64,000 nucleotides of DNA from Balanoglossus misakiensis (Eukaryota > Animalia > Hemichordata), in the NCBI GenBank assembly GCA_040954595.2, contig CM082596.2:8076468-8140467 (forward strand), written 5' to 3'. The translations under genes and the position numbers were made by a program. Position 1 is the stretch's first letter; the number at the start of each line of letters is the position of its first letter. The notes beneath the pieces are model-generated. The model had not been told where the DNA came from, ran no database searches, and saw only the letters and a program-made list of their open reading frames with translations. Below are positions 26,001 through 38,000 of this stretch, piece by piece.

Positions 26001-29000
26001 ACAAAATGGTATGTCCTGCGCCCCAGTGCTAACCAATCACAGGTGGTTGTGGCACTTTAGTTGTATAATACTGTAATTATTAGACATTTGGATGAAATCC
26101 TTCACAAAACTGTCAATTTTGTTTGGCGCAAACCAGCAAAGCCAAAGTGGTATCCCATTTTCCAGACCTGCCACACATTTGCAAGTCAAGCTGCAAACCA
26201 TCAACGTAAACGAAAGTTCACAATACACACATTGGCACGTCGTGACTGTGTGGAAAAATAAAATCTGAAATGAAATGTGTAGAGGGCGCCCTTCAAAGCT
26301 ACCCAGGGCGGAACCTCTTGCAACACCTCCACATATAACAACAACGCAGTGCACTTAGACTTGGCTTTGAAATAAAAAAAATAAAAATCGCAGTCAAGTC
26401 TGTTGAACCTTGCCCACCACAGAGTAAAGTTTGTCATTGATAAATTATATATAAAATAGTGAAAAAATCTAAGCTAAGCAAAAATGGCTACTCTTTTTTT
26501 AGCCATTTCTCGACCGTTACTTCTAGCTGAAACTCATGATTTGCAACTCATTAGCTACATACTAAGGTCTTGCAAGTGGAATTATATTCTCTTTTAAAAA
26601 AAAAGGAATCTTTTTTTATCTAAAACTGAGGCTCCAGGATGTGAAGGTACTGGAGTTACTATTCCCTAACACCACCAATACTGGACATACTACTTTAAAC
26701 TACTGATACAATCGAATTGATTCATAACCTATCAGTCCTAGTTATATACATGTGTAGGGGCCAATTAGGCCCCAAAATCTGAATAATATATGTTAAATGC
26801 TCAGTAACTGTAAGTGAGCAGTGGGAATTGACTATATCACCTATTTTGATATTGTTACAATATTGCTCAAAAAACACTAAAACTTACCACTTATCTGAAT
26901 CTGACGACTTCACAACATCAAAATTTTTTTTGTCACCAACTCTTTTTGAGAAGTTTCAGAGGAAAAATTGTGCACGACACATGCCAACAGTACCTGACAT
27001 GATTAGAGAAATAGATTGTCATGGCATTGCCATGGAAACTACTTAGAGACTGGAGGGTTGTTTTCTTAAACCCACTTTTGAAGATTGGTGTCTACGGAAA
27101 AACTACTGGAATTCTATGGATTAAGTGGAGTTTTACAAATCTGAAAGAGGTCATTTTGTTTAAACTCTCTAATACAATGTAGCTGTTTTCTTTATAACTA
27201 GCACGGAAACCGTTACATTTACTCAATTGTACTTAACAACGGAAAAAACGGTTCTTCTTTGAATGTTTTTTCTTTCTTCTCTAAAATACAGCGACACAGG
27301 CTCAGAGAAATTGCTGACTCTGTAGGATAATCTCCATTATTTTTCCCCTCGAAGTTGAAACATCACTTCAGAACTTGTAACTTTCATTGCAAGTGATGGG
27401 CTCGGGTTTTGTCAAATGTTATAATTGGTTCAAATAAATATTTTTTCTCCAAGTATAGCACAGGCAATACCCTGACACATGGTTATAATGAATCCATTCT
27501 CTGTTAAAGCTCTGTGTAGGATGGAAACTACTAACATGTACATCCTAACAGTTGCAACTATGATGGGGATACGGTATCGGGGGTTTAATGGTGGTATCAG
27601 TTGTTTCAATGCCAGTTAAGAGTACTGTGTCCCAAAGAGGTCAAAGGTCAAAAAGGCATGTGACAATCATACTGATATATCTGCATAGTTTTAAATAATG
27701 AATAATTAATAAATGGCTGATCAGTGTCAATGTATACCAAACTGAAAACAATTGAGATATATTTATATCTGCATTGAACATTCCAAGTTAATGTTTACTG
27801 AAAAATATTACCTTTTAGCATGTGGAAGGTTACCATGGAAACTGTTTTTTGGCAACAGTAACTTCAGCAACCAAACACACAGTCATAAATAAATAGTAAC
27901 AATCAGACATTTGAAAATGAGGTACAACGTAATTTGTTTGAGAAAAAAAATAGAAAAAGCTGCCTAAACCAGGTCATTTTGACGAATAAAAAAAGTTGTA
28001 ACTAAATGAATTTATGATTTTGCCCAGCAAAATGTGTGAACAAAGCTAGCAGGAATGCAGGGCTAACACATCTGACAAATATACTCTGGGAGGCTGGTAT
28101 CAAAATACCTACAACACTGTCTACCTAATGATACATGGAGAATATGCTCAATATAAAATATAACCAAAAACTTACTTGGATATTTTATGTGGATTGTGCA
28201 CAGCAAATCCACCGAAGTCAAGCTTAACTGTACAGTAAATTTTTTAATTGGCCCTTGTGAGGAGCCTGTGGAGTCCATGACAAAAAAAGAGTTATTTTTT
28301 TTGTTCATTTTTTTTTTTTCCTTTTTTAAATGTTTGTTGCGGCATTTCTGAAAATAAAAACACCTTTAGGGGTTACGGAAAATGAACAAGCAACACAACT
28401 GAATTCCGATGTAAATAAACTCCAAGTGGAAAAAGAGGGTTTCAATTGGTAGTTGTTTGTCCATAAAATGCATTTGTGCCTTGACTGTTCTGCTGTAAAT
28501 GACTCCACTTCTCAACACTGAGGGCGCTCTTGACCAGAAACTTCTCTTCCGTATGCATTCCCATCCACTGACTTCAAACGCTGCTGCTGCTGGGTGTGCA
28601 TGGCTGGTGGCAGAATTCAATTTTCTTCCCCCTCTCTCACAGTTTGTGACTGTACATTGTTGAGCGACACACTCCGACACATTTCACTGCCATTAGTGAT
28701 TCTCTCTCTCTTCAGTGTCTTCAAACACAATGGAATCTCTCGAAAAACTGAAAAATCCATAATCGTAAAAACCAGCAACAAACTGCTCATGTCACGCGGC
28801 AGTGGATGGCCCCAGGATGACAGTCTGTGCCCACCAGTGCATGATAGTATGGACATACTTACATACCCAGCACTTGGCTCCAACAATATGAGTGCATAAA
28901 AATTTCTGTGCATCTTCTGTGAAAATACAGACAGACAATAGCATCAATTGGATGAGAACAAAGTGTCAAAAAAGTGTGGAAACACATCAATTTCTTTTTC

Positions 29001-29015
29001 TTTTTTTAACGTCTA

Positions 29016-32000
29016 CTAAGTTTTAATATGTGATGCTCGCATGGTGGCTGGTGAATGATCGCGTATCAATCGTTCACGTGGCGGACCTTGATCAGGGTAT
29101 CTAGATTGTGAAGACGGTCTTTGCGAGCTTGAATATCCAGGACTAGAATGCATATATCCCATTCTGTCTCTGTCGTCGCGGTACTCTGAGCGTTCGCGAC
29201 TTCTCGCCCTTTCGGGTCGCTCCCGATCCATGGGGTGTTGATTTTCGTAATCCCGGTCTCTATCGTACAGATCGTGGTCGCGTTCGTAATACACGTCCCG
29301 CTCTATAGTGTGTCTGTCTGCTCGGTGATCTCGCTCCACATAGTCGTAATTCCGATCTCGCAACCTGTCGCGCTCCATCGTGTGTCGGTCTACTCTTGAT
29401 TGCCTGTCATGATCCAAGCGTGGGTCACCACGCACGTCTCTGGGGTCATGATCGTATCGCGGATCGCGGGACTCGTAACCCCGGTCCCGCGACCGCTCTT
29501 GCATCTGGTATCTCTCGTCGGCGTACCGGTTGTCGTAGCGATCTTCGTAGCGGTCTAGGTCGGGGTCCCGTCTGGAATAATCCCGGGCTGGCCTGTCCCG
29601 GTCGTCCCGGCGGTACTCGTCGTACTGGTCTTGCTCCGAGATCCGGGGATCCCGGTGATCGCCGCCACCGCCGCCCGGACCCCTGTCCCGCCTCTCCAGT
29701 TCAATTTCCCGCTTCCGGTCGTGGTCTCGCTCCGTCACGTCGCGCTCTCGGTCCGACGCCTTGTCCCGGTCGCGGTTTCCGTGAGAGTTCACTCGCGACA
29801 GTAAATTCGTTAACGGTGACATTGTTCGTGCAACTGCATTATGAACTGGGGGTGGCTTCGGTGGACCTGTCTGGATCTGTGGACGAGTTGCGTTCCAGTA
29901 TGCTTCTAAATAATCGGCTAGATGCTCACACGCATCCTCCAGTTGGTTTTCGTCTAAAATTACATCAAACATATCCTGTGTAATACAAAACAGAACAAAA
30001 CAGTGTTAAAAAGAAGTCGTGAAGAAAGCCACTGTTGTTTCTGATCTCGTTCAATTCCATTCTCCTGCGGTATCCTCTGTCAACTTTGTAACCTTTGGTT
30101 CCAACCCTACCAGTATTTCTCTGTATAGGGGTCGAACATACATACTAATTTTGTTTCCCCCCAAAGAACTAACAACCAGAAATTAACCAGATCTTGGCAA
30201 ACATATATTTTCTCTTTCACTTGCACTCCAATCGTAAACCTTTAACAAGCAATCCTGACGCAAGAGGCATGAGTAATGAATGCAAATTGACCATTAGCTC
30301 ATTTAAAAAAAACCTATCACAATCAGTTCTGCTTTTTATTTCAAAACCAATCCAGGAATACTACCAACGAGCACAAAGCAAACCCAACAGAAAAAGCTCA
30401 CTGCTGGTGCAAAAAAAAATTACACACTGTGAAAAAGGTGAGAACAAGTTGCCATGGCAACTCACCGGTGAACACTGTGCTAATTTGTCTGAAGCTACAA
30501 GCTGGACATTGAGATTTCTACTCTGTGATTTGCCCCTGGATTTGATAAGTCTTGTTAAAACCTGCAAAGCAACACAAAAAAACACCGTTTTCAGTGAAAA
30601 AAGTCAGATGCCAACCTTGATGGAAAACTATTATCATAGCAATACTTATTAACTAAAAGAAACAGTCAGAAAATTTGGACTATAAAAAGGTGTCTCCAAA
30701 GTAGTTCATGTTACAGGATGAATTCGCAAGTTGTATAATGTACATATATTAATTTTTTTAAAGGAGAAATATATCATATCAAATCTAAGAGAAAACAATA
30801 AAACTGGCGGGCCTGAGGATGGAAGATAGCAAAAAAAAAAAAATAGAAGTATAAGGTGGGTTAATAATAGTGAGTTCTTATATAGTGCACATATCCACAA
30901 TGTTTTATGATCAAGGCACTTAACAACAACAGGTGACAGACAGAGTGACAGAGATACTCACTTTAGGATTAGCTATTTTGAGATATACAATAAACGGTGC
31001 TAGTGATGTCTTCGCTAGTTGTGCTGGGTGGTTGATTGTATCACAGTCTAACACTATCAGCTGCATTGATCTGGCTAACTCGAAGATTCGCTCTATTTCA
31101 GCTTGCACTTCAGCTGTGGAGTGGAAGAAGAAAGCACAGACGTCTGAGTGAGTCATCAAAATAACACAAAAAAAACAAACATTTCTTTGAATCGCAATAC
31201 TCTTTTTGCACATCTGCCATTGGGTCAATAATATCTTATCAATAACATGCTTTCAGTGCTATGGACATACACCCCCCCCCCCCCCCCCCCCTCATTGTAA
31301 CATTACATTCTCTTGCGGAATGAATATACGATATTATACGCCTGTACATGCTTTAATTCTTCCTCAAAACTCAAGAGTAATTATTTTCACTGTTGCTTTA
31401 AATTGTATTGTGCGTGATGAAAATTCAGACTGACAGTCAATAAACATAATTATTATCTCTCTTCTCATCAATCATTCAAACACAGAAAAGGTTTTCTTGA
31501 TGACAACAGAAAAGTATCTATTCCAAATTATGACCCTCTCAAGAGGGATCCTCTCAGAGCATTGCCTTATGGGATTGACAGGTCACTAAACATCTGTAAC
31601 CAGCGGCTACAGCTGGAACATGCGTGTGAGACGAGCTAGGCGCTTTAAATAGTCACTGATGACAACTGAAGTCTATATACAAACTTATCACCCTACAAAG
31701 ATGTCTCCAGTTTGACAGGTCAATATCAGTGACTTACCTATACTAGACGACCTACTGTTTGACCTCTCCATTATTGCACGTTTACTAGGATTGTTCAGTA
31801 CTGAACGCTTGGCTAATGCTATGTCTGCTGTTACTCTTGTTATTGCTATCCTGTTGGCAGAAAAAAAAAACATACAAAAATTAATTCCATCACATCCTTG
31901 GCACCTTATAATATATAGCATAAAATATGCATGACCCTTATATGACCTTGCATCCTGGCTATTTCTTGGGTCTGTCAGGGTGTTGTTGGATAAGATGTAT

Positions 32001-35000
32001 ATTCTGAATAGATAGATTACCTTGAAATCATCTTCAAACATCAACCTTTTTTACAGGTTTCAAAGCACAAGAAATTTAAATAGTTGAACTTAACACACAC
32101 CAACACAAATACCAGGACATACAGGGACAGGAAGGTGACTGGTTTCATTTTACATATGTATAAGTATACTGGCAATGTTGACCACCGTGGTTTCAATAGT
32201 CCAACTCAATTGTTTTCTCCACTAAAGTTAGACATCCAGAGAGGGACGATGGCGTGAAGGATGAAAATCATGCAAATATGATTGGAGAGTAATTTCAGGT
32301 TGGACATACCTTCCTTCAAATCTATGTTTGAGATAGTCAAACAGAGCCTTCTGCATCATGTCCGTCACTTCATAGCCTTTCAATGATGGACCAACTAATA
32401 CTACTGGTCGCATTGAAGGCACGACATCATAAGGAGGTACGTTTTCTTGCTGTACGAAACAAAGACAAAACGCAAAGAAATTATTAAATGAACAAAAAAT
32501 GGGTTATTAGAATTCCCACTACTGTTAGTATGCTTTTGCATCCTAGGCAAGTGATAAAAATCTCATATGGCAATAGAATTTCAAGACAGCAGACGTCTAC
32601 CATGATTGACCAAGAAAATGTGAAAGCCAAATTAAAGTCCAGATCATACAGAAGTGAGTAAGTCAATTATTCTACACAGAATTTTTAGCCATAAATACGT
32701 CATGAAATAAGGCAATACATCATCTCTCCAAACTCTTCCAACACTAAGTTGTCAGATTTTATTACCCACGATGCAATTATGTGATTTGACCCCTCAGCAT
32801 GAAGTAAATGCTATTAAAAATGCCAACAATTCCAGCTTGTTACACAGATTAAAGTACAACTCATCAACTCGAGTATAATAGTTAAAAACGTAGGAGGCTA
32901 GGTCTATGCTGCAGGGCAGCTCTTTGCTTCAAATCCAACATCCGCCAAACAGCCCCCTTAACTTACCTTTTTAAAGAATGGTTTCCTTTTTTCCTTTGGC
33001 TGAGGGGACATGGTGCTTCCTTTTGACTTGCCTAGGGAGTCTGTATCTTCATCCACCCCATTCTGTTCAGTGTCAACACCTGCGGATTCGTGGAATAACA
33101 GTTACAGTTTACGTGGCAACTGTGAAAAGTACTGACAGAGAAGAGGTTTCAGTGATCCCGAGGGAAATAGTGAAAGCGAAGCTATCTCAGGTTTTGTCAT
33201 CCCTATCTTTTTATCCTCCGCGTACTTGCTCTCAATCATGCAGAGGTTTCCGGATGGAATTTAATTAAGACACAGTGCCCCCTGGCCTTGTTGCCTTTAA
33301 ACACTAAGACTCAACGCCAGTTCCCATTGAAACCTCACTGAGACAAAAGTCAAAAAGCCATGTGCCAATGATTCAAGTTATACTCCTTTCATACAGCACT
33401 GCTAAATCATACAACTACATGTACATGTATATAACTTCCTAATAATCAATTTCTCTCACTATCTATGATCATTGAATTTTGACGGTAGAATAATAAACAT
33501 CTGCAAAGGGCTTGGATGTAGAATAAAAAATACACCTAATATTGCAAAACTTCAGTTGAGAAAGTGCATGGTTCAAGCAGTTCAATGAAAATCATCACCC
33601 ACAATTTAGTAGAGATCACCAGACCGGAATAGATGTCAATGCACTTGTATTTCAGTAATTCCGATGACTTGCAATGATGCAATTTCAACTGTCTTATCAA
33701 GTTAACAGATGAAGACGTTTCTATAGCAATGTTTGTGATTGAGTAATTACTTAAATCATGAATTTATTTTTGTCCCGAGTACGGCAGCTAAAACTGCTCG
33801 CTCTGCTTATAGGGTGTGGTTTATCGCTGTGTAACATGGAATGGGACACTTGATGAATGCGCATGTCATTAAACAAAGTCATTATGTATAACAAGACACT
33901 GTGAGGCTACGACTCATGAAGTCCGCAATATAGTGCCATATTACAAACAAATTTAATTTGTTTTAATAATAAAAGTAAACAATTTTCCCCTCTTGTTGTA
34001 CTGTAAAACACTTTATTTTTCGCGAGTTGAAATGCTGACATTAAAATGCATTATTTTCCATAGTGAACACACTTTACTGCGTATCTCTGAACAGACGATG
34101 CAACAAATTATGTTAGCCCCCTTTTTTTATCATCCACTACATGCGTCAATGAAAATGACGATATCATGAATTAGCCATGTTGACAACTATGAATCATGCA
34201 TCTTGATAAACTCCGATGCAGACGCTCATTTGAATTCAACTGCCTCCCGCACACATCTCAGAATTTCACTTCAACGGCTGAGGGTCTTCCATCAAATATA
34301 TCGGTTAGCCCATTTGGCAATTTTGTCTGAATGCAAACTACCAAGTGGTCTCTTTCAATTCATGGCAAGTGATTGTAACCTTGTGAGGTGAGGTGATGAT
34401 TTTTACGGACGACGGACTGCAAAAGTAAAAACTTGCTACAAACCTGGTGTTGGTGGAGTTGATCCTCTTGAGTTTGATGATTTGGAATTCGCCATGGCAA
34501 CCACGTCGCCCAGGTTGGAGCCGCTGCTAGATTTGCTATGGTGAGGGAAAGAGGCATGGCTACCTTTACTACTGAGGGGAAGGGTGGCAGCTTTATTCGA
34601 AAGTAACGATGACGTCGACTTTCTCGTCGGGGACATCGGTAACTTACTACTACTGCTGCGAGTGAGCGGCGTAGTGTGAGGGCGCCGTCACCAGTGAATG
34701 ATGTAGTTGTTGTAATTGCCAGAGAGTGGCGAGACAGCGTGAAGTGGACAGAAGACAATGAGCCAGCAAGCAGTGTGTGGTGGGTAAGGGTGGGTGTGGA
34801 TGGAGGGGTGGCGATGGATGGAACGGCACACATTGACGAACATAGTTGTGAGATTTAAAGACGACAGATTAAGAAAAAAAAGAAAAAGAAAGCGAAGTGA
34901 ATTAGCTTGGCGGTAAACTTAAACCCAGTGGAAAAAGAAATCCCATTAAATTTTAACAAATATGCGCAAGTTGGGGAGGCCATTTTGTGAATGTAGAATT

Positions 35001-38000
35001 TTTGTATGAAATTTTACAGCTAGCGGAGATAAAATGGAGGCTTATGATTTGAGGGTGGGGGGAGTATTGATGTCAAATTGAACAGCAATTAGACTGACCA
35101 CCACCAGACAGGTTGCCAATGGCACAACTCAAAACGATGACATGAAATTCACACAAGTATAAAAATATGCAAACCAAACAATGGACACATTTGGACTGAC
35201 AAACCGGGGAAAAAAAGGATAAAATCAAAGGGAGAACTTAGACTGGAGGATTGCTTGCAAGATCATTGACAAGTAATCAGATGTATGTTTGTTTTTCCAT
35301 ACAAATTTACATGATTGCCTGTTCATTGTATGTTGATATAATATGAAGTGTCAAATTTGACCTTAGACCCTGTCTCCCATAATGCAACATTGTGTACAGA
35401 ACCACCAGCCAACAGGGTTCGTCAATTGACATGCCTGAACACATGAACAGACCAGATTTCAAAGAAGTTCCAGAGTATTTTCCAGCAAAAGGCACTGTCG
35501 TGCACATCCATTTTTTACTTAATGACAGTCAACTTCTTTTTTCATCTCTTTTTCATGGAAACAACTGATATTTTCAACATCAAATGACAAGTTCGTAATG
35601 AATACTGACTTTTTTTCATAATACGGGATTGTGATAATATAACATCGACAGAAAGTTGGGCCAAAGTAATAGACAAAGAAAAGTTAAGGAAAGTGGTCAT
35701 ATTTGAAATTTGTTTCTGTTCTTTTGTCAGAGAAAGAGATAGAGTTACGTACAGTTGACAAGATAAAATTTAAAAAACCCTGATGTTTGGTGGCACAGAA
35801 TAAAAGAAGACTTAGAGTAATATAAGATAACACAGCACAAAAACCTTTACATATTTTATCCATACTCTGCTTTGGATGCAGTATTACTGGTTGAGATGAT
35901 TATTTTGGGATCAGAGGAAACTGGAATCACATAGTCCTCTGGAATCACATAGTGATTTGAATTAACGAATTTAAGAAGAGTACTCATTGTTGATTTTGTT
36001 TAAAAACAAAATGTGTTTAAAAACAAAATGTAGCAAAGTATGGATGGAATACATAAAGGACATTCTTGAAGTGCATTCATCATCATCATGCAGGCATATG
36101 TCAATTGAATGAAAGCCTTGTTTCCTTTTTACCAGAACAGCACAATTACATTTTGAGTGAATTTAATCAACTTCAGAAATGTTGCTATTTGGACATCTTT
36201 TCTGTTTTTAGTCAACATGTAGCATACAAAGAGTGGATGCCCTGTAACCCTTTCACCCCCAGTTCCTTCGATAGAGGTCCAACTTTACTTTAGAAAACAA
36301 TGGACTTCGACCGAACCATTGCGGTGAAACAGGGTTAAAAAGAGTTCTAATGGCTGACAGCCTCAAGAAACCATGGCATTCAAATGACCTACGCCTACAA
36401 CAATCTACACTCACTCGATATCATCACAAACATAAAGAACGATTGATATGTACATAAATAAGACATGTTGTTTTCAGAGTACTGTAGAATACTTAATTTT
36501 CACTAAGACATTATTTTCACTAGACTCATTTCCGCTAAAATAAAATCCCATTGAAAATTCATATTTCTTGACAAGAAATAGTGAAAATAAAATCTCAGTA
36601 ATATCAACATTTTTGTTTTCAGCGAATATGAATTCCAGTGAGAATTCCAATGAGAATAAAGTATTCCACAGTACATTTTTTCAGGTGCTTGGTCTGATGT
36701 GCGCAATGATGTCTGTTCGTTTGTCACTACCGACTCTTGTCAGCAGCGAGTGAAGTCACTTACTTTGTGCCTAGTTTCCCAGTTCTACTTTGTGTTGATT
36801 GTTGCAATTTCATATTTTCTATTTTGACAGGACTTGGTATAAATCCGACATCACTGCCTTCTTTGACCAGCCGGCCTATCCACCAGTCATTGTTGTATTT
36901 CTGAAATGGCACCAAATCCGTAATTAAAATGGTATTTTGACTGGTGCTGGGATATGAATTGTACATGCATTCTTCTACTCTCTCTCCCTCCCCCCTCCCT
37001 CCCTCTTTCTCTCTCTCCCTCCCTCTCCCTCCCTTTCTCACTCTCTCTTTCTCTCTCCACAACTTTCAATGCGAGGGGGGATGGGATGGGATGGGTCAAG
37101 ATCATTTTGTCACTTATTGCAGCTTCTAAAAATATAACAGGGGAAACATCTGCCACAGTTATTCATCCACCACTCACATTAAAATATTGCTCATGAAATA
37201 TTTGCGACCTTCAAACCATCATATGAATTTAAAGTTTTCGGCCTTGGAAGGAGGCCTAACTTAGTCACAAAAGTGGAGAACAAGAGTGACCTACCTCTTT
37301 AATATGTAAAAAATCTTTGACCTCAAAAGAGATTGCAGCACCTTGAACCGGAGAATCATCGTCTAATGATCCGTCAAAACTAACATTAGTCCTAACAGCA
37401 AATGCTACTGGTTTTAACTGTAAAATGACAAACAGAATGGAAAGAAATTAATTGGTATCAAAAAAGTATTTGTGAATTGTTTTGTGGTGTGCTTAGGTGC
37501 CCAAGATGCCTATAGGATGTGTCTATTGGACCAATCCATGGCATGGTTTGAAATCCTGGGATACAAAACGTATACACCAAATCTCCCATGAAAGCACATC
37601 TGTTTTACAGTATGGGCTGGTAGTTGCAATTTTCACAGAACGCTTATCAGCATTTTTGTTCTCTGAAAAAAACTTGACGTTCTTCTTGAAGATGTATTTT
37701 ACAGCACGACATTAACAATACACTATCTTAAAAACAGGTTAATTTGTTAGGTTATTTACTTCCGTATACTACCCTTCTGAAAGTAAATAAATAACCGAAC
37801 AAATAAATCATCCTCCAAGAAAACTAATCAAATAAAGTACGCAAGAGATAGGATTCCAGGATACATGTACTTTTTCTTTAATTTAGATGTTGTCTGATCT
37901 GTTATTAAGATTTTACATAAAAATATTAATCTGTGGTATTTTCTCCATATCGAAACTTTAAAATCCTTTCGTTGAAACCACATCACATACTATAAAATAA

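Noticed and set aside
29013-29018. Possible stop-codon readthrough of CACNB
   Set aside because: The tandem TAG TAG indicates firm termination.
29396-29983. 195-aa plus-strand ORF antisense to the CACNB last exon
   Set aside because: Shadow ORF of a GC-rich repetitive coding exon, with a non-ATG start and no recognisable domain.
30194-30652. 152-aa plus-strand ORF
   Set aside because: Antisense to a CACNB exon and introns, with a non-ATG start and no similarity to any known family.
34360-34833. 157-aa minus-strand ORF as a separate gene or exon
   Set aside because: It is out of frame with CACNB. Its openness is partly explained by the C-rich AG-exclusion zone and the overlapping exon.
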